Assembly: GCA_964016885.1 (NCBI GenBank)
Contig: OZ024759.1
Location: 30,132,001-30,196,000, forward strand
DNA: 64,000 bases
Source of the DNA: Eledone cirrhosa
Lineage: Eukaryota
Reading direction: 5' to 3'
Part shown: positions 11,581 to 25,869 of the stretch, in pieces
How positions within the stretch are numbered: position 1 is the first letter of the stretch
Layout: each line of letters begins with the position of its first letter
Notes under the pieces: model-generated
The model's input: the letters and a program-made list of their open reading frames with translations, nothing else
Told to the model about the DNA's origin: nothing
Database searches by the model: none
Position numbers and translations under genes: made by a program

Positions 11581-13834
11581 ATGGGATTCCTCACCATCCC
11601 GACATCTCTCAAGGATATACTTATATCATCTAATGAAGAATGGGGAAACTTATAGAACAAACAAACTCTTTTATAAGAAGAGTGAGATGCGAGCATTACA
11701 TTTCGATAATAAAGAAGCTAAAAGAAAAACCAACAGCAATTATTTCGAAACTATCTTTAAATCCAGAAAGAATCCTCCATACAACAAACTCCTGGAGGAT
11801 TTTGAAACTGAAATGCTCAATATACTTAAGAAAATTAAATTCAGGAAAAACGCATATATAGGTCACCAATACCCTAGAACTCTAAAAGAAAAAATCTCGG
11901 ATATAAAAAAAGTTAATACATTATTAGTAAAATCTGACAAAACAAATAATTTATATGGGATAAATAAAGAAGAATATAATAACTTGATTTTAAAAGAACT
12001 AAGGAAAAATTATAAAAAAAGCCCCGGCTGAAGATCTTACAGACATAAATAATGATGCATATAAATTAATTGCAAAATTAGGAATTGAAGGAAGAACCGA
12101 GACTCTTATACCTAGACAGCCGAGGATCAATTTTAAAGATCACAAAAGAAACTTTGAGGAAGACCTGCCATTTAGACTGATTGCTCCATCCAAATCGGAT
12201 ATTGGAGTAATCAGTAAAAATATTATTGATAGAATTCTACCTATTTTGAAATTGAGGTCTAAATTGAGCTTGTGGAAGGACACGAATGAAGTGATTGATT
12301 GGTATAAAAATATAGATGATAGAAAAACCATAAATTCATCCAGATGGACATAACAAGCTATTACTTTTCCATTACGCCTAACCTACTAAATAAGGCTTTA
12401 CCATACGCTTACAAACATACAGATCTAACTACGGATGAAATCGATATCATATTAATTGCTAGAAGAACTCTAATTAATTTCAACAATGAGTATTGGACCC
12501 ACTCAGATAGAAATAGAAACTTCGACATTACCATGGGATCATCGGACTCAGCGCAAGTCACGGATTTTCTGGGGATTTTCATCTTAAATATGATAAATAG
12601 AAAACTGCCGGAGATTACCGGTGGTTTATATAGGGACGATATTTTATTTACGGTTATTAAACATAACAATACAGAACTAAATAGGGTAAAGAAAAATATA
12701 ATTGAATTCTTTAAAAATTACGACCTTAAACTAGAGGTGGAAAGTGGTACCCAAATAGTTAATTTCTTTGATGTTACACTTAACTTAAACTCTGGTTTTT
12801 ATTACCCTTTCCAATGAAAACTTAAATTACGTTAGTTATTACTCTAATCACCCTAAATCTGTGAAAAATGCAATTGTAAATAGTGTACAAAACGCATAAC
12901 TAGAATATCTGTCAATAAATCAATATTTGATGAAAAAGCAGGCTATTACAATGATGCGCTAAGAAAGGCAGGTTATAAAAATAATATAGACTATATAGAC
13001 AATAATAATCCGAGTCTTAATCCTGATAAAAATAATGGCATATATAAACGAAATTCTAAAAATTGTAATAATTATAATTCAAACACTTGTACTGTGAGTA
13101 AATCGGGGAAAAGAACCAGAACTAAATCAGTTATATGGTTTGCCCCCACCTGCTTCTGTAGCAGTAAGAACACCACTAGCTAATCTATTTTTTTAAGGCT
13201 TTAGATAATTCCTTCCCTAGCCAACATATATACCATTCCATATTTAATAGACACACAATTAAGCTTTCTTATTCCATAACTATGAATATGGCCCAAAACA
13301 TCACTAAACTAAATAGTAAAATTCTAAACCAAAATCAGCATAATGCTATTAATAATAGTGTTAATATAAATAATAATAAATCGAAATGTAATTGTAGAAA
13401 TAAATAAACCAGATTGCCCTCTGCAAAATAATTGTCTGGATAGAAATCTGGTGTATAAATGCACCGTAAAAACAAATAACAACACATACAACTACATAGG
13501 GGCAACTTCTTCGACATTTAAATAGAGATTTGCGAATCACAAATGCTCATTTTCGAATTTTAATAGGAAGTCTTCGACTTCTTTATCACTACTTATATGG
13601 TCATTAAAAGACAAAAATTTAAAATACTCGATTTTTTGGACGAAGCTTTGTAATAGTAAAATATACTCGAACTCGTCTATATCAACTAACTACAACCTCT
13701 GCACAAAGGAGACCCTATTAATAATTACTAATTATGAAAACTTAATTAACAAAAAAAGTGAATTATTCTCAAACTGCCTTCATAAAGCTTTGTCTACATT
13801 CCAAGCCTCACAAAAAGTCAGGAAAATACACTAA
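11581..13834 (+). pseudogene. Frameshifted RT-GIY-YIG ORF of the Penelope-like element
   Basis: Pieces 11640-11861, 11633-12031 and 12344-12817, plus a hand-translated endonuclease at 13380-13834, join in order with several frameshifts and stops. Confidence 0.85.
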
Positions 13835-15606
13835 ACAAACAGGCTTTAATTTTTGACGTCTCTTATCAACTGTTGGTCCTAAAAAGTCATAACAGTTTAT
13901 AAAACTTTAATAATGCTTTATTTTCTAATCATTTATGATAGAATTAATGTTAGAATGAAGGATCCTGTTTAGGTACATAAACATATTATTTGGTAACTTG
14001 TTTACTTGATAAATATGCACACCTTAGGATTATTTTAGATATTTATAATTTTGATTCGGATCTTTATTTATCTGTCTCTGTTTTAAATATATAATTTGGA
14101 TATTTAACTTATAAATTTACCGGTTATAATTGAACTGTAGGTCATTCATGCATTTGCATATTTTACTCATTTTGGGGACTCAAAAAGTTAGATTTGCACT
14201 TACATATTTTATATATATATATAGATATAAATATAACAAACCATAATAGTCGACAAATATTGGTCTCTCTCTCCACTGAACTGGAGGTAAAACTACAATT
14301 ATAGCATTACTAATAATGATTATAATTATTTATTTATTAAATGTATATCGTTTCATTAATACCTATAATAATATCTCTATATAGTTGTACAAATATGTTT
14401 ATCTAGTGAAATAACATACTCGTAGTTACATTTATAAATAATTTAGATACTCAAATGACTCTCTATTGTTATAAGGGTTAGATATTCCCTGAAAGTTCGA
14501 ATTTATATAATGATTATTACTTAATTTAATATAATTTAATTTAATTTAATTTATTTTAATTAAATTTAGATTACCTTCGGCTTTTTCAAATATTTAGCTC
14601 CTCCTTCTATCACATTCGCTAGATATTTTAGAAGTATCTCTTGTCTACTATATATTAAAACCCTATTACATTTTATACTATATTTTTTAAAATTGGCCAT
14701 TTTTAAGTTTCGCAAACAATTCATAATTTTTCACTTTTTATTTTTATACTTATTTTGTATCTAGCCCATATCCTTAGGACTCATGTAGTTTTGACTTATA
14801 TATTTATAGTATATATCAACTAAATGAACATTTCACAATAATTGAATTAAAACATTAATTTTTAAAAATATTTTTTTAACAATATTTTCAGTAACTTATT
14901 TACTATATTGTATTATTGTATTGTTATATATATTTGAAAGGTATCACCGTAAGTCTTTAGACATTATAATTCTTGTGTATTTTTGATTAACACATATATA
15001 TAATTAAAAATTCAGACTTCTTTAAGTTTAATTATAAGGCCTGTTGATCCTTTAGGCACTCATAATTATTAAAGAATTTATGATTAATAGTATAATAATT
15101 AACTATAATTATTTTATAAATTATATTATATAAACTGTTGTAAATATTATAAATAATTTTGGTAAAGATTACCTTTGTGAGGGTATAAAAGCATTATATA
15201 TTTTCTTTCTCGTGTTTCGTAAATCCTTTAAATTTGACTTCATAAAATTTGAATTTTCGAAATTAAACATGATAGTATAATATAATATTAATACAGATAG
15301 TTATTAACTTTTAAAACCTAAAATATTACTCATTACTCTGAAATAACTTAAATTAAATATTTTGAATATTAACGGTCAACCAAATAAGTTTAGATATATA
15401 TTGCATTTTTTAAATATTATTCACTCTACTACCCCAGGTATCGAGTACTCAGGTCAATAATGATCTAACCGGTTTTTACCGCCCCCAACATGATATATAT
15501 ACATGTCAACACAAGAGCAAGAATGGAGGGTTCATTCTACTGACATGAGGTGAGGCTTGTTTGCATAATTGCAAACGAATCGAATGTTATTATTAATATT
15601 CGAAAA

Positions 15607-15791
15607 GGGTGGTGGATTGGCAGTATCGGTAGAGGGTCGGACGCCATGCTTTCCAGCATAGTTACGTCCCTTTAAGGTCTGAGTTCAAATCCCGCCGAGG
15701 TTTACTTTGCCTTTCATCCTTACGGGGTCGATAAAATAAAGTAATGCACTGGGTAATTGCTGGCCTTGTGCCTGAAGTAGAAACAATTATT
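15607..15791 (+). mobile_element. tRNA-derived SINE, family A, full length
   Basis: A-box-like ggattggcagtatcggtagag and B-box gagttcaaatccc. The body ctttgcctttcatccttacggggtcgataaaataaagta recurs at least 7 times in the window. Confidence 0.85.
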
Positions 15792-15826
15792 AATATTCGA
15801 AAAACTCAGATTATATATATATATAT

Positions 15827-15864
<38 letters not shown>

Positions 15865-15869
15865 GAGAC

Positions 15870-15923
<54 letters not shown>

Positions 15924-16289
15924 GTATATGTGCGTGTGTATGTGTGTGTATATTCCTCCGCCAGGGTGAACATATCATTTCCTCATTTTGAAATCGATAA
16001 AAAAAGGACCAGTTTAGTACTGGGGCTGGTTCTTCCCTTATACCTCTTTCTCTCCCTTTTTTTGGAATACATGGGCTGCGTTCAGATCTTGGGACAGAGA
16101 GGGAGAGGACCCTACCAGATTTGAAATTCCCAAGGAACGCTGTATGTCACTATGGCATTCTTACGACTCGACCAGTACAATTTTGAATGAGAGAGAGAGA
16201 TAGTGGGTGAGAGAGAGAGAGAGAGGGTGAGAGAGTGGAAGAGAGGGGGAAGAGAGGGGCTGAGAAAGATATAAAGATAGAGAGAGGAG

Positions 16290-16458
16290 GGAGATGATAT
16301 ATGTATATATATATACATATATATATATGTGTATATGTATATATATATATGTGTATATATATATATATGTGTATATGTATATATATATATATATTAATAC
16401 ATACATATATATATATATGTGTATATGTATATATATATATACATGCATACATATATAT

Positions 16459-16515
<57 letters not shown>

Positions 16516-16618
16516 GTGTGTATATGTATATATATATATATCTATATATCTATATATATATACATATATATATATATATGTATATATGTATATATATATA
16601 TATATATCTGTGTATATG

Positions 16619-16670
<52 letters not shown>

Positions 16671-16982
16671 TACATATATATATGTATATATATATGTATG
16701 TATATGTATATATATATATATACATATATATACATGTATATATATATGTGTATATGTATATATACATATATATATATGTATATATATATATATATGTGTA
16801 TATGTATATATATATATACATATATATGTGTGTATATGTATGTATATATATATACATATATATATATGTGTATATGCATGTATATATATATACATACATA
16901 TATATATACATACATATATATATATGTGTATATGTATGTATATATATACATATATATATATGTGTATATATATGTATGTATG

Positions 16983-17013
<31 letters not shown>

Positions 17014-17260
17014 TGTATATATATATATATATATACATACATGTATATATATATATACATACATATATATATATGTCTATATATATACATATATATATAT
17101 ATATGTGTATGTATATGTTTTATATATATATATATATACATACATATATATATATATGTATATGTATATATATATATACACATATATATTTATGTATATA
17201 TATATATATATATGTATATAAATATATATATATATATAAGTGTATATATATATATATATT

Positions 17261-17325
<65 letters not shown>
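16290..17325. repeat. Degenerate (TA)n/(TATG/TACA) microsatellite of about 1 kb; similar tracts at 18200-19280, 41930-42680, 42920-43380 and elsewhere
   Basis: Visible directly in the sequence. Confidence 0.95.
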
Positions 17326-17328
<3 letters not shown>

Positions 17329-17454
17329 GAGAGAGAGTGAGAGAGAGTGAGAGAGAGAGACAGAGAGAGGGAGAGAATTAGAGGAAGATACAGATTAAGG
17401 CAGAGCGAGAGGGAAAAAGTTATGGATATATTTTATTGAATTCCAACTGTACAC

Positions 17455-18065
17455 TTCACCACCACCACCAACACCACCACCACTACCATCACCACCCCCA
17501 CTGACATCACCACCACCACCACCACCACCACCACCACCACTACCATCACCACCACCAATTCCATCACCCCCACTGACATCAGCAGCACCACCACCACCAC
17601 CACCACCACCACTACCATCACCACCACCAATTCCATCACCCCCACTGACATCACCACCACCACCACCACCACCACCACCACCACTACCATCACCACCACC
17701 AATTCCATTACCCCCACTGACATCACCGGCACCACCACCGCCACCACCACCACCACCACTACCATCACCACCACTGACATCACCGGCAACACGACGACCA
17801 CCACCACCACCACCACTACCATCACCACCACCAATTCCATCACCCCCACTGACATCAGCGCCAACACCACCACCACCACTACCATCACCACTACCATCAC
17901 CCCCACTGACATCAGCACCAACAACACCACCACCACCACCACCACCAACAACAACTTTACCTCTACCACTAACATCACCACCGCCACCAACACCACTGAC
18001 ATCACCGCCAATCCCAGCACTACCAGCACCACCACCACCACCACTATCATCATCATCATCATCAT
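17455..18065. repeat. (CCA)n-based minisatellite with a ~70-bp higher-order unit
   Basis: Repeating aattccatcacccccactgacatca-(cca)n-ctaccatca. Confidence 0.85.
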
Positions 18066-18213
18066 CAAGGACATCACAATGAACCAATGGATGTCCCAAC
18101 TATCAAACCGTGGTGACAATAAACACGACATGTCTGTTCACATTATATTTTTCATCAGGATCGATACCCAATCGATAACTATGTATATACGCACCTACCT
18201 CTATATATATATA

Positions 18214-18375
<162 letters not shown>

Positions 18376-18420
18376 ATATATATATATATATATATATTTA
18401 TGTATCTATATATATATATT

Positions 18421-18460
<40 letters not shown>

Positions 18461-18505
18461 TATATATATATATTTATGTATATATATATATATATATGTT
18501 TATAT

Positions 18506-18590
<85 letters not shown>

Positions 18591-18612
18591 TATGTATATA
18601 TATATATATGTT

Positions 18613-18668
<56 letters not shown>

Positions 18669-18709
18669 TATATATATATATTTATGTATATATATATATA
18701 TATGTTTAT

Positions 18710-18838
<129 letters not shown>

Positions 18839-19057
18839 GTATATATATATTTATGTATATATATATAAATATATATATATACACACATTTATATATATAT
18901 ACATACATATATACATATATATATGTATATATATATATACATATATATGTATGTGTGTGTATATATATATATACACATGCATCCATGCACATATAGAGAT
19001 TTTGTTAAATATTAAGAAAGAAGATTGTTCTCATTTGCAGTTAATATAAATATATAT

Positions 19058-19092
<35 letters not shown>

Positions 19093-19139
19093 ATACATAT
19101 ATATACATACATATATATATACATATATGTATATATATG

Positions 19140-19201
<62 letters not shown>

Positions 19202-19229
19202 CATATATATACATACATATATATATACA

Positions 19230-19289
<60 letters not shown>

Positions 19290-20358
19290 TATACATATCC
19301 GGGAGTGTTTAATCATTTCATCTGCTGTGAGGATTGTACGAGCTAACGTTTTCGTGTGTGGTCCTTCTTCAGAGAGGAAGAACGCTGGCAGAGACAAAAG
19401 AGAGTTGATTTATTGCCACCCTGGGCTGCTGAAGGTAAGTGAATATCTTAAATAGAAACGAAGGAGATACTATCCTATCTGCATATCATTTCAGCATACA
19501 CACATAAAGTCACACACATACAGGGAGCAATATACAATGGACACACCCACACCCACACACACTCCTGTACATAACCACACCCACACACACTCCTGTACAT
19601 AACCACACACACCCACACTGTAATACACAGCCACACATCTTTTCTCGGGTCTACAGCTGGGTCTCCTGCTGGCTGGTTTTTACCCGTAAAATATGTCCAT
19701 CAATTCTTTCCTGAGACATTCTAACCACATGCCCATAGTATTGGAGCTGTCATCTCTCAATTCAGAGAAGTAGCAGCTCTACCTGGAGTGACTCCAGAGA
19801 TTCTTTCCTGCGACATTCTAACCACTCTAACTCATGTCTCTATATTTACTTAACTTAAACCTCTAGAATGAAATTGTAAACCAACGGTTCTTTGGTAATG
19901 TAGTGTAATGTTGGTTATATGAATTACTTGAAGCTACCACAGTTTTAATTAGTATTAGTGTTGGTTACTTCTAATGCAATAAATTACATATATTAATAAT
20001 AGAATTATTAATTTACAATATTAATTCATTTTATTAAGATATTTTAATTTGAGTCTTTTTAATATAACTGCACATGAATATAATCAGTTTTCTCTGTATA
20101 CTAACTGATTAATTTGTTTAACTTAATTTGTCTGTATGTTCCCGTAATCCTCCCGAGGAAGTCGTATGGTCGGTGTATTGACGGCGTTTCTCAGGAATTT
20201 GGTTCAGGGATTTGTCAGAAATGACTTCAGGAAAGGAGAAGAAAAGTTGGGAATAAGAACATTTAAAATATATTTTATACCTACAACTCAAGGTCGATAA
20301 ATAAATAGCAATAAGCACTCGGGTAGATTCTTCCTCTATATCTCTCTCGCTCTCTCTG

Positions 20359-20422
<64 letters not shown>

Positions 20423-21715
20423 ACTCTATATCCTTCTCTGGAATAAATCTGCTATATTCAAAGCTGGAGAGGAGATGGGCTTCGTCAGGCTTAAAACGCC
20501 CCCCGAAAAAAAAGCTGTATGTCTCTACGGCGCCCCTACGATTTCCCCAGCAGTTACAGAAGCCTAAATAATCTACATACTTGCGTTATATTCCATCTTT
20601 TTGAATTTTGATTTGCTGTAATAACCGGAAGTAACGCTGCAACAGTTGTTAAGCCTTAAATGAGATGAAAACTTTATTCTTTCTCTTTAGTGGATGTTAT
20701 CTGTGTTTAGTCTATTTTTTTGTATCTTTTACTTTAAAAATATCTCACATATATTCCATCTAAGGGTCTTTGGAGTAACGTTACTCGATAGCTAGGAGAT
20801 CAGAGAGTCATTCCAGGTAGAGCCGCTACTTCTCTGAATTGAGAGATCACAGCTCCGATACTAAGGGCATGTGGTTAGAATATCTAAGGAAAGAATTGCT
20901 GGAGAGTTGCTCCAGGTAGAGCTGCTACTTCTCTGAATTGAGAGATCAAAGCTTAAATACTACGGCCATGTGCTTATAATATCTAAGGAATGAATTGCCG
21001 GACAGAGACAGATTTTATGGGCGAAAACAACCGATATGAGACCCAGGGGTGCACACCGAGCAAGATAGTTGGATAACATCCATGAGCTTGACTGGACACG
21101 CTTGGGGATTCAGCCGGGTCAGTTGCTTCTAACAGGACCCGCTGGAAGGAGTGTTTGAGGACTCTATACCCACGACCTTCTCAGGAATAATTGAGCGAAG
21201 AAGAGATGTTCGTCCTATAAAGAGATGGCCGTCGCCAGGCTTAAAACTTCTCTGAGAAAACGCGGCGCCTCTACGATTTCATTAGAAGTTAAGAGAGCAT
21301 ACATAAATCAAAAAAATGTTTATTTTGAGAGCAGCTGGTAAAGCTGTAATTTTCTAAACGACCAGTTGTGATGTATGTTGTTCGTTATTTACTGACTCAG
21401 TATTCTTTATTATAAGAAAAAGAAATACCAACGAATGTGAAGAGAGACAGACAAATAAACAGATAGATAGTTTCATAAAATTCAACATAAGAATGAAAAT
21501 GTAAACGGTAAATAACAGAGTAGGATTTAATTGTCACATATCTATTGGTTTTGAGAGACAGCTTGTTCAATCCCATCGATTGAACATTTAGTATTCAAAA
21601 CATAACGACAGCATAAATTAATAAATCAATACAATAAGTAAAAATGTCTTTATCTTCCATTGGATCAACCGATCTCTCCAAAATAGACAAGTCCATTCTT
21701 GATCATTCATCTGGT

Positions 21716-22225
21716 CCGAACACAATACCATTGGTTTTTCTATCAAGATAGCGGCTCTAGATCGAACAGAATATGTTCAACTTTCTATCAAAATAGGGTT
21801 TCTAGATCGAACACAATATGTTCAGGTTTCTATCAAAATAGGGTCTCTAGATCGAACACAATACCATTGCTTTTCTATCGAGATAGGGTCTCTAGATCGA
21901 ACACAATGCCATTGCTTTGCTAACGAGATAGGGTCTCTAGATCGAACACAATACCATTGCTTTTCTATCGAGATAGAGTCTCTAGAGCGAACACAATATC
22001 ATTGGTTTTCTAACGAGATATTGTGTTCCATCTAGAGACCCTGTCTCGATAGAAAACCAATCATATTGTGTTCGATCTAGAGACCCTATCTCGATTGAAA
22101 ACCAATCATATTGTGTTCGATCTAGAGACCCTATCTCGATTGAAAACCAATAATATTGTGTTCGATCTAGAGACATTATCATTGGTTTTCAGTCGAGATA
22201 GGGTCTAAGATCGAACACAATACGA
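21716..22225. repeat. 45-bp minisatellite with an internal inverted block
   Basis: Unit gggtctctagatcgaacacaataccattgcttttctatcgagata. Units at ~22015-22175 are on the opposite strand. Confidence 0.9.
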
Positions 22226-23254
22226 TAAGTATTCTATCGAGATGCGATGTGAGTTCCCAAAACTTAGTCGAGATGGTGGTGTGATGGTTGGGGTGCCGCA
22301 GGTGCTGTTGGTGTTGGTGGTGATGTTACTAGTGGTGGCGGAGGTGCTGTTGGTGTTGGTGGTGATGTTAGTGGTAGTGGTGGTGGTTGTGATGGTACTA
22401 TCGATGGTAGGGGTAGTGGTTATAGAGCCAGTGCTGGTGGTTGTAGTGAAGGCAACATACAAGTGACGGGAAATTCACAAACACGTGTACTTTTAACGTA
22501 GTTTTCAGACATGCTCGGCCTTACATACCATCTGACAACGTTGGCCTTGTTGAATTAAAGGTACAGCTGATTCTTGTCAGCAGAATGGACAGGAGCAACG
22601 TGAAATAAAGTGACTTGCTCAAAGAGACAATGCACCTCTTGAAATAAAATAATCGGAACCACTACGCCATGTGCCTTCCGTGATACAAAATTAAAAAAAA
22701 TTCTAAATTTCAGTTAGTCCACAGGTAAATAAAGATGGAAGATCGCCAAATGCTGAGCCGAAAAACCCATAAGAATCTTCGAAAGGTGAACGAAGTTGAT
22801 TATATCCAGTTTGTTGAAGAATGCAAAGGATATTTGGTAAGAAACCATTTTGTGATCTGCACACAATATATTTAATAGGCAGCTAATTTGCAGAGTCGTT
22901 AAAAAGTTCGATAGAATGCTTCGTAGTATTTATTTCGGGTCTCAGTCCTCTAAGTTCAAATCCTGCCGAAGTCATCGTTGCCTTTCATCCATTTCTTCTT
23001 GTGACGCTAAGCTCCGCCAGTTGCAGACTGCACATGAACATGTGATATCTCTCTTCACAAACTTCAATCACCAACAGCAGAGTTCAAAGAGCAGTTTATT
23101 GGTAAAGGCTTTACCACACGTAATTATCTCACATAATATAGAATCTATGAGATTTTGAGAACAATACCTTAACATAAGTATAAATGGCCAGTCATGGCCA
23201 GTTTAAACAAAAAGAAGTGAGAGAATTCTGGCCAGATATGGCCGGTTTAAATCT

Positions 23255-24275
23255 TCTAGTGACGCTAAACTCTGCCTGTTGCAGACTGCGCATCAACATG
23301 AGATATCTCTCTCCACAAAGGTCGATCACCAAAGAGCAAAGATCAAGTCCAGTCCATAAGTTGACATTATCAAGCCAGTTTTGGCTGCCGGCCTCTGCTT
23401 CTCCTACCAGCCAACCTTCCTTCCAGGCATAACCTACTCATACAACGAGTTGATCTTTTTATATGGCCGCATAGTTTGACAATTGATGTAATTGGTCTAA
23501 GTTTGGTAATGTTGAGCAGCTCACTGATACAGATACGGTCGTTGAGCTGCTTGCCTGTCATAAGTCTCATAATGTGGTTCTGGAATGTAGAGAGCTTCTG
23601 AAGTGACCTTGTCATCCAGTTAACACAGTCAAGACCAGCTCACTGATACAGATACGGTCGTTGAGCCGCTTGCCAGTCATAAGTCTCATGATGTGGTTCT
23701 GGAATGTAGAGAGCTTCTGAAGTGACCTTGTCGTCCAGTTAACACAGTCAAGACCAGCTCACTGATACAGATACGGTCGTTGAGCTGCTTGCCTGTCATA
23801 AGTCTCATAATGTGGTTCTGGAATGTAGAGAGCTTCTGAAGTGACCTTGTCGTCCAGTTAACACAGTCAAGACCAGCTCACTGATACAGATACGGTCGTT
23901 GAGCTGCTTGCCTGTCATAAGTCTCATAATGTGGTTCTGGAATGTAGAGAGCTTCTGAAGTGACCGTGTCATCCAGTTAACACATTCAAGACCAGCTCAC
24001 TGATACAGATACGGTCGTTGAGCTGCTTGCCTGTCATAAGTCTCATAATGTGGTTCTGGAATGTAGAGAGTTTCTGAAGTGACCTTGTCATCCAGTTAAC
24101 ACAGTCAAGACCAGCTCACTGATACAGATACGGTCGTTGAGCCGCTTGCCTGTCATAAGTCTCATAATGTGGTTCTGGAATGTAGAGAGCTTCTGAAGTG
24201 AAGTGACCTTGTCATCCAATTAACGCAGTCAAGACCATATAACACAACTGGTAGGATGTAAGCATTAAAGATCAT
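23255..24275 (-). mobile_element. RTE-like LINE 3' fragment with six tandem 119-bp internal repeats
   Basis: Minus-strand peptide FQNHIMRLMTG...LCGHIKR...EGRLAGRRSRGRQPK is typical of the RTE RT C-terminus. Repeat starts at 23521, 23640, 23759, 23878, 23997 and 24116. Confidence 0.8.
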
Positions 24276-24804
24276 TTAGAGGTCGATAAAATAAGTACTA
24301 GCCAAGAGCTGGAGTGGATTCTTCCTCTATATCTCTTTCTCACTTCCTCTCTTTTCCTTCTCTGGAAGAAATCTTCTGTATTGAGACGTGGAGAGGAAAT
24401 GGGCTCTGTCGGATCTACAAATGCCCTAGACACGCCGTATGTCAATACGGAGTCACTACAACTCCCCCAGGGTTGGATTTAGACTTTGTGGGGTCCGAGG
24501 CCCTTTAGGTTTGTTAATCAGTGAGAAGCGGTGGTTGTAGGATGTCGGATGGGATACTTTTACAGGAAACTCTTCCGTCCCAATTCAAATTTCTCCCCAA
24601 GTTAATGAGAAAATGATAACATCATAGAACCGGGCCCCATATCGTCAAAATATTCCATGAAATATAACCATACTGCTGCCCCCAGGTTAATGGGAAATAC
24701 TGATATCACCGGGCCCCTATCATTAAAGTACCCTAGAAATCACGTATGAAGTGCAGCTATATAGGTAACTTAGTATGAGTCCATAACAAAAACAGCTCAC
24801 GCGG

Positions 24805-24994
24805 CACGAGTGTCGGCTGAGAAGTTCATAGACTGACCAAGACACTCTGATGGAATGACCAAATGAGGCTTATTTTTCAACATAGTCCCTGGAAATAATG
24901 CAGTTATTAATAAGAGTTGCAATTAATCCATAAGAGATTTCACAGCCCTTACATTACTCCTTCATAGTCAGTCTACGAACCTTTCTGCCTCGTG
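24805..24994. mobile_element. Mariner-like MITE (another end copy at 63240-63325)
   Basis: Imperfect TIRs cacgag..ggctgagaagttcatagactgac and gtcagtctacgaacctttctgcctcgtg. Confidence 0.55.
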
Positions 24995-25100
24995 TGGGCT
25001 TGGAAATATATCTAAACTATAATAAAGTAAGGAGTGCGGGACTGCATCCAGAATATATTTCTTTAACCCGTTTGTAAAATAAGTTGGATTACTTTGAATA

Positions 25101-25270
25101 AATAATTGTTTCTACTTTTGGCACAAGGCCAGCAATTACCCAGTGCATTACTGGTACTTTATTTTATCGACCCCGTAAGGATGAAAGGCAAAGTTAACCT
25201 CGGCGGGATTTGAACTCAGAATGGCAAGGACCGTAACTCTATGCGTCAAAGCATGGCGTCCGACCCTCTT
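25101..25270 (-). mobile_element. SINE family A
   Basis: Reverse complement of 15607-15791. Confidence 0.85.
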
Positions 25271-25721
25271 GAATAAATAATGAATGAATATTACATAATT
25301 TATCTACTAAATTTCTTGGCTGTTCATTAAATATATTTTATTACTTATTTAAAGATTCACTTAAAGATTCTCAAAAGTCATCACTTCCGGTTAGTGATCG
25401 CTTAAATACACATTCATATATTTCCGTCACTAATTTTCTCCTAATGCAGTTTATATATAAATATCGTCTTATTTTAATGTATCATGGATTACATTACCGA
25501 TTACATAAGACAGTGTAACACAATCTTCGTTCAATTTCTGTGTATATTGTCAATTACGATTTTATTTGATGTATCATATCTTCATGTATATATACCTGGG
25601 TATAATATCAATATACACACTACACATGCTAGCAGAAAACCAGTCAAACGGTGGTTTTTCTGCTAGTGATCATAATATTTAAGGATTTAATCTCCCTCTC
25701 TCTTTTGCGTTTTACATTCAG

Positions 25722-25815
25722 GACCTTACAAAAAGTCAACTAACTGAGGAAGAACTCAATATTTTGGTATCTCCCATTCTTGAAAATATACGGATTAAAA
25801 CACTTGATCTTTCAC
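25722..25815 (+). CDS. LRRC74: LRRC74-like LRR gene, first recognisable coding exon
   Basis: cag|GAC...TCAC|gtaag; encodes DLTKSQLTEEELNILVSPILENIRIKTLDLS; phase 0 to 1. Confidence 0.7.
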
Positions 25816-25869
25816 GTAAGATATATATATACTAAACATATAACAGAATATATTTATTTTATCTACATA

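Larger units (their letters stand above)
11120..13834 (+). mobile_element. Penelope-like retroelement (Hydra-type architecture), decayed, with upstream HHR-bearing pseudo-LTR
   Basis: Begins after a (TA)n tract. The pLTR contains an HHR at 11312-11378. A broken ORF from ATG 11581 has RT motifs (DITSYYFSI, TMGSSDSAQV, GLYRDD), then CNCR..CPL.NNCL, a GIY-YIG-like VYKC...YIG, and LCTKE...NKKSELFSNCLH. Confidence 0.85.

Noticed and set aside
15607-15700. tRNA gene
   Set aside because: A and B boxes are present but there is no cloverleaf; it is the head of a multicopy SINE.
17395-18131. Gly-rich, Val-rich or mucin-like ORFs
   Set aside because: Triplet minisatellite open in several frames, with no convincing splice sites or unique coding flank.
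19420-19440. Strong splice donor GAAG|GTAAGT as an upstream LRRC74 exon
   Set aside because: It lies in a repeat-like island with no acceptor or LRR-like peptide.
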